Origin: Candidatus Kapaibacterium sp. | Lineage (GTDB): Bacteria > Bacteroidota > Ignavibacteria > Kapaibacteriales > Kapaibacteriaceae | Direction of reading: 5' to 3' | Assembly: GCA_030833725.1 (NCBI GenBank) | Contig: JAURGP010000003.1 | Location: 708-64,707, forward strand | Length of the DNA: 64,000 bases | In this document: positions 61,402 through 64,000 of the stretch, one piece after another | How positions within the stretch are numbered: the first letter of the stretch is position 1 | Layout of the letters: each line of letters begins with the position of its first letter | Translations under genes and position numbers: made by a program | The notes under the pieces: model-generated | The model's input: only the letters and a program-made list of their open reading frames with translations | Databases searched by the model: none | What the model was told of the DNA's origin: nothing

Positions 61402-63227
61402 ACGTGCATCTCCAACGTACTGGCAGGCAGCCCATCGTTACCGATGGATCGATGGCTGCGGAGCTGCTCCGCCGCGGTTTTGCCGAGCGTCCGGCGGACC
61501 GCTACAACCTGACCCTTCCAGCCGTGATCGAGCGGATCTACGGAGAATTCATCGATGCCGGAGCAACGCTGCTCCAAAGCAACACGCTTCATAGCAACCG
61601 CTACGCCCTGGAAGCGGCCCACCTCTCGGCACGGGTCACGGAGCTGAACCGAACCGGCGTATGGCTGGCTCGGCAGGCAGCAGGTACCACTGCCGTCGTT
61701 GCCGGTGTGATTGGCCCTACCGGCCGCCAGGCTCAACCGCTCGGACCACTGCACACACAAGACATGGCCAGCTGTTTTACGGAACAAGCCAAGGCCCTGC
61801 TGGCCGCCGGCTGCGACCTGGTGATGCTCAAGTCGTTCATCGACATTACCGAGCTTGAAATCGCCATCGATGCCGTGCGCAGCGTGAGCGCGGAGATCCC
61901 CCTGATTGCATTGAAGTCGTTTCCAGAAGATGGAGCGATTCTGGCCGGCCCCTTCCCCACCATGGTGGCAGAGCGTTTGTCTACCCACGGCATTCAGGGA
62001 ATAGGCTCGAACGGGACGGTAGGTCCACAGCGCATGGTGGGCATCGTTGACGCCCTGCGGGCCAGTCACCTTCCACTGGTGGCACTGCCCGATGTTGGTA
62101 TTCCGACGATGATTGATGGCGTGCCGCGATACGATGCCGACCCCTCCTATGTAGCTCAGGCAGCCGTGCGTCTTGTGGAGCGTGGTGCATCGATTGTTGG
62201 CGCCGATGGTGGGGCAACCATCGACCATGTGCGGGCCGTAGCTCAAGCCGTGAAGAACAGTACCGTGGGGTCTGCGCCGGTGTTGACACTCTCGCATCGG
62301 GACCGCCAGACCATGGTGCACGAACTACTACCGCCGACAACCTTTCAGGAAGCACTTGGTCAGCGTTTTGTTACGACGGTGGAGCTGGATATTCCTCGTG
62401 GTCTGGATATGCAATCGGTGATTGATGGAGCAGCCTACCTACGAGAACACGGCGTGGACGCTGTGAACATTAGCGATGGTGCCCGCGCTCGGTTGCGCAT
62501 GAGCCCAATTGCCATCTCGCGCGTGGTGACAGCCTCAACCGGCATGGAATGCATCACCCACTTGGCATGTCGTGATCGCAACATGGTAGGTTTACAAAGT
62601 GAAGTCCTTGGAGCCCATGCCTTGGGAGTCCGGAACATTCTGGCGGTGACCGGCGACCCCACGCATATCGGCGACTTTCCCGTGGCCACCAGCGTGTACG
62701 ACGTGGACAGCATCGGCTTGGTGCGGGCCCTGCATCACATGAATCAGGGTAAGGATCTTCTTGGCAATCCCTTGGGCGGAAGCACAGGGTTCTGTATCGC
62801 CTGCGCCGTGAACCCTGCTGCCGATGACCTTGAGAGGGAGTTGGATCGACTGGCGCAGAAAGCCGAACAAGGAGCACATGTTGCCTTCTCACAGCCGCTC
62901 TTCGACCCGGAGGTCGTTGATCGATTCTTGGATCGGATTGCTGGGATCAACATCAGATTCGTGCTCGGTGTGATTCCGCTTCGTACGTTGCGTCATGCAG
63001 AGTTTCTGCACTACGAGGTTCCCGGCATGACCATTCCTACCTGGGTGCGCGACCGGATGCGCCAGGCTGGCGACAGCCCAGAGGCGGCCACAAGCGTAGG
63101 CATCGATCTGGCGGTGGAACTCCTGGACGCCGTTCGACCGCGCATCGACGGCATGTATCTGATGCCACCGTTCAAAAAGTATGATATTGCTGTAGAGATC
63201 ATCAACCGTGTGTCTTCAACCGTGTGA
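61380..63227 (+). CDS. metF: bifunctional homocysteine S-methyltransferase / methylenetetrahydrofolate reductase
   Basis: 615 aa. N-terminal Hcy-binding domain (TDGSMAAEL...SNT) fused to an MTHFR domain. The start could be ATG 61380 or GTG 61404. Confidence 0.8.
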   Translation: MVTTGSLNVHLQRTGRQPIVTDGSMAAELLRRGFAERPADRYNLTLPAVIERIYGEFIDAGATLLQSNTLHSNRYALEAAHLSARVTELNRTGVWLARQAAGTTAVVAGVIGPTGRQAQPLGPLHTQDMASCFTEQAKALLAAGCDLVMLKSFIDITELEIAIDAVRSVSAEIPLIALKSFPEDGAILAGPFPTMVAERLSTHGIQGIGSNGTVGPQRMVGIVDALRASHLPLVALPDVGIPTMIDGVPRYDADPSYVAQAAVRLVERGASIVGADGGATIDHVRAVAQAVKNSTVGSAPVLTLSHRDRQTMVHELLPPTTFQEALGQRFVTTVELDIPRGLDMQSVIDGAAYLREHGVDAVNISDGARARLRMSPIAISRVVTASTGMECITHLACRDRNMVGLQSEVLGAHALGVRNILAVTGDPTHIGDFPVATSVYDVDSIGLVRALHHMNQGKDLLGNPLGGSTGFCIACAVNPAADDLERELDRLAQKAEQGAHVAFSQPLFDPEVVDRFLDRIAGINIRFVLGVIPLRTLRHAEFLHYEVPGMTIPTWVRDRMRQAGDSPEAATSVGIDLAVELLDAVRPRIDGMYLMPPFKKYDIAVEIINRVSSTV

Positions 63228-63248
63228 GAATAGTATGAGGTTAGCATC

Positions 63249-63866
63249 ATGAGCGACTACTCCAGCTCCACGAACCCCTTCGGCGGCAACTACGAGCCGC
63301 ATGTTGCACCGGCCGAGCGCGTTGGCTTTGGTCCACGGCTTGGTGCATGGATCATCGACCTGCTCCTATCACTGTTGTTCGGCATCTTGCTGGGCGTCCT
63401 CCTGCAACCACTGAATGTTGGTATGCCAGCTTCAATCAGTGAGAACCTCGCCGCCATGCAGGAGACGTACGAAATGTTTGGAGTGGATGCCGCCACTATC
63501 AGCGTCGTGAATGCATGGTATCCCGCTCTCACGTTAGGCGGCATCATCGCCGCGATTATGTACGCGCTGATTGAGGGTTTGAGCGGAGCATCTCCCGGCA
63601 AGCGCATTCTGGGCATTGTCGTTGCCAACCAGGATGGAACAGCGGGAACCACGCGCGCATGGATGCGCCGTTGCCTTGTGAAGCACGTGTCTGCCTTTCT
63701 GAACATCTTCACGCTGTTGCCGGTATTGGCCTTCGTGGCAGATATCGGTTCATTCCTGGGTTTTGTCGTGTTCATTGGATGTTTCTTTGTGTTGGGTCAA
63801 GAGCGGTTGGCTCTGCACGACCGTATTGCCACAACGGCGATCTATCATCGGGAGGATGTACAGTAA
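63249..63866 (+). CDS. RDD-family membrane protein
   Basis: 205 aa. [15 protein letters not shown]..., three transmembrane helices, and ...[11 protein letters not shown]. Confidence 0.7.
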   Translation: MSDYSSSTNPFGGNYEPHVAPAERVGFGPRLGAWIIDLLLSLLFGILLGVLLQPLNVGMPASISENLAAMQETYEMFGVDAATISVVNAWYPALTLGGIIAAIMYALIEGLSGASPGKRILGIVVANQDGTAGTTRAWMRRCLVKHVSAFLNIFTLLPVLAFVADIGSFLGFVVFIGCFFVLGQERLALHDRIATTAIYHREDVQ

Positions 63867-64000
63867 TGGTCTACTATGCCGACTACCTGCAGCTGGACAA
63901 GATTCTCGATGCCCAGGCCCTGGAAAGCGATAAGCATGGTGCTCATGCCCACGAAGAGCTGCTGTTTATCGTGACCCATCAGGCCTTCGAGCTATGGTTC
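63866..64000 (+). CDS. kynA: tryptophan 2,3-dioxygenase, N-terminal fragment (runs off window)
   Basis: ATG at 63866 overlaps the RDD stop (TAATG). [45 protein letters not shown] matches the conserved TDO N-terminus. Confidence 0.8.
   Translation, partial: MVYYADYLQLDKILDAQALESDKHGAHAHEELLFIVTHQAFELWF

Overview
A gene-dense (about 90% coding), moderately GC-rich bacterial chromosomal segment that looks like core genome. I found no CRISPR array, transposase, integrase, prophage or recognisable defence genes.

**Lineage.** Several signals point to the Bacteroidota/Ignavibacteriota/Chlorobiota (FCB) group:
- four cargo proteins ending in type IX secretion (T9SS) C-terminal sorting domains, plus a GWxTD protein
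- the outer-membrane biogenesis genes LptE and TamB
- atpDC separated from the other atp genes
- mostly absent Shine-Dalgarno sequences, with exact TAnnTTTG -7 boxes in front of genes

**Annotation.** I call 2 tRNAs (initiator tRNA-Met CAT and tRNA-Val TAC) and 57 CDSs.
- Housekeeping and metabolism: pheT (partial), nfu, mrp/apbC, nuoA, nuoB, anmK, an acyl-CoA dehydrogenase, an isocitrate dehydrogenase, a thiolase, atpD, atpC, guaB, adk, folD, pyrF, a fused homocysteine methyltransferase/MTHFR, and kynA (partial).
- Envelope and membrane biogenesis: lptE, tamB, and the rpmH-rnpA-yidD-yidC block.
- Several intrinsic terminators and promoter boxes are also called.

**Non-standard signals**, all read directly from the sequence:
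1. The octamer AGGGGGCT occurs 27 times, against roughly 3 expected. It appears in both orientations and every reading frame.
2. Perfect or near-perfect 11-14 bp tandem direct repeats recur in 5' leaders and intergenic spacers (pheT, nfu, the large adhesin gene, atpD, and the pyrF/metalloprotease spacer).
3. A strong strand-specific intrinsic terminator with structured upstream RNA has no CDS in front of it. It is a candidate sRNA or attenuator.
4. A GC-rich nested inverted-repeat element lies next to tRNA-Val.
5. Two translationally coupled outer-membrane beta-barrel paralogues have radically different periplasmic modules. One has a run of 12 Cys in 14 residues; the other has a (PEPQPQ)n linker encoded by an 18-bp tandem repeat plus a Cys-rich domain of unknown function.

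All family assignments come from motif recognition by eye. Nothing was searched against a database.
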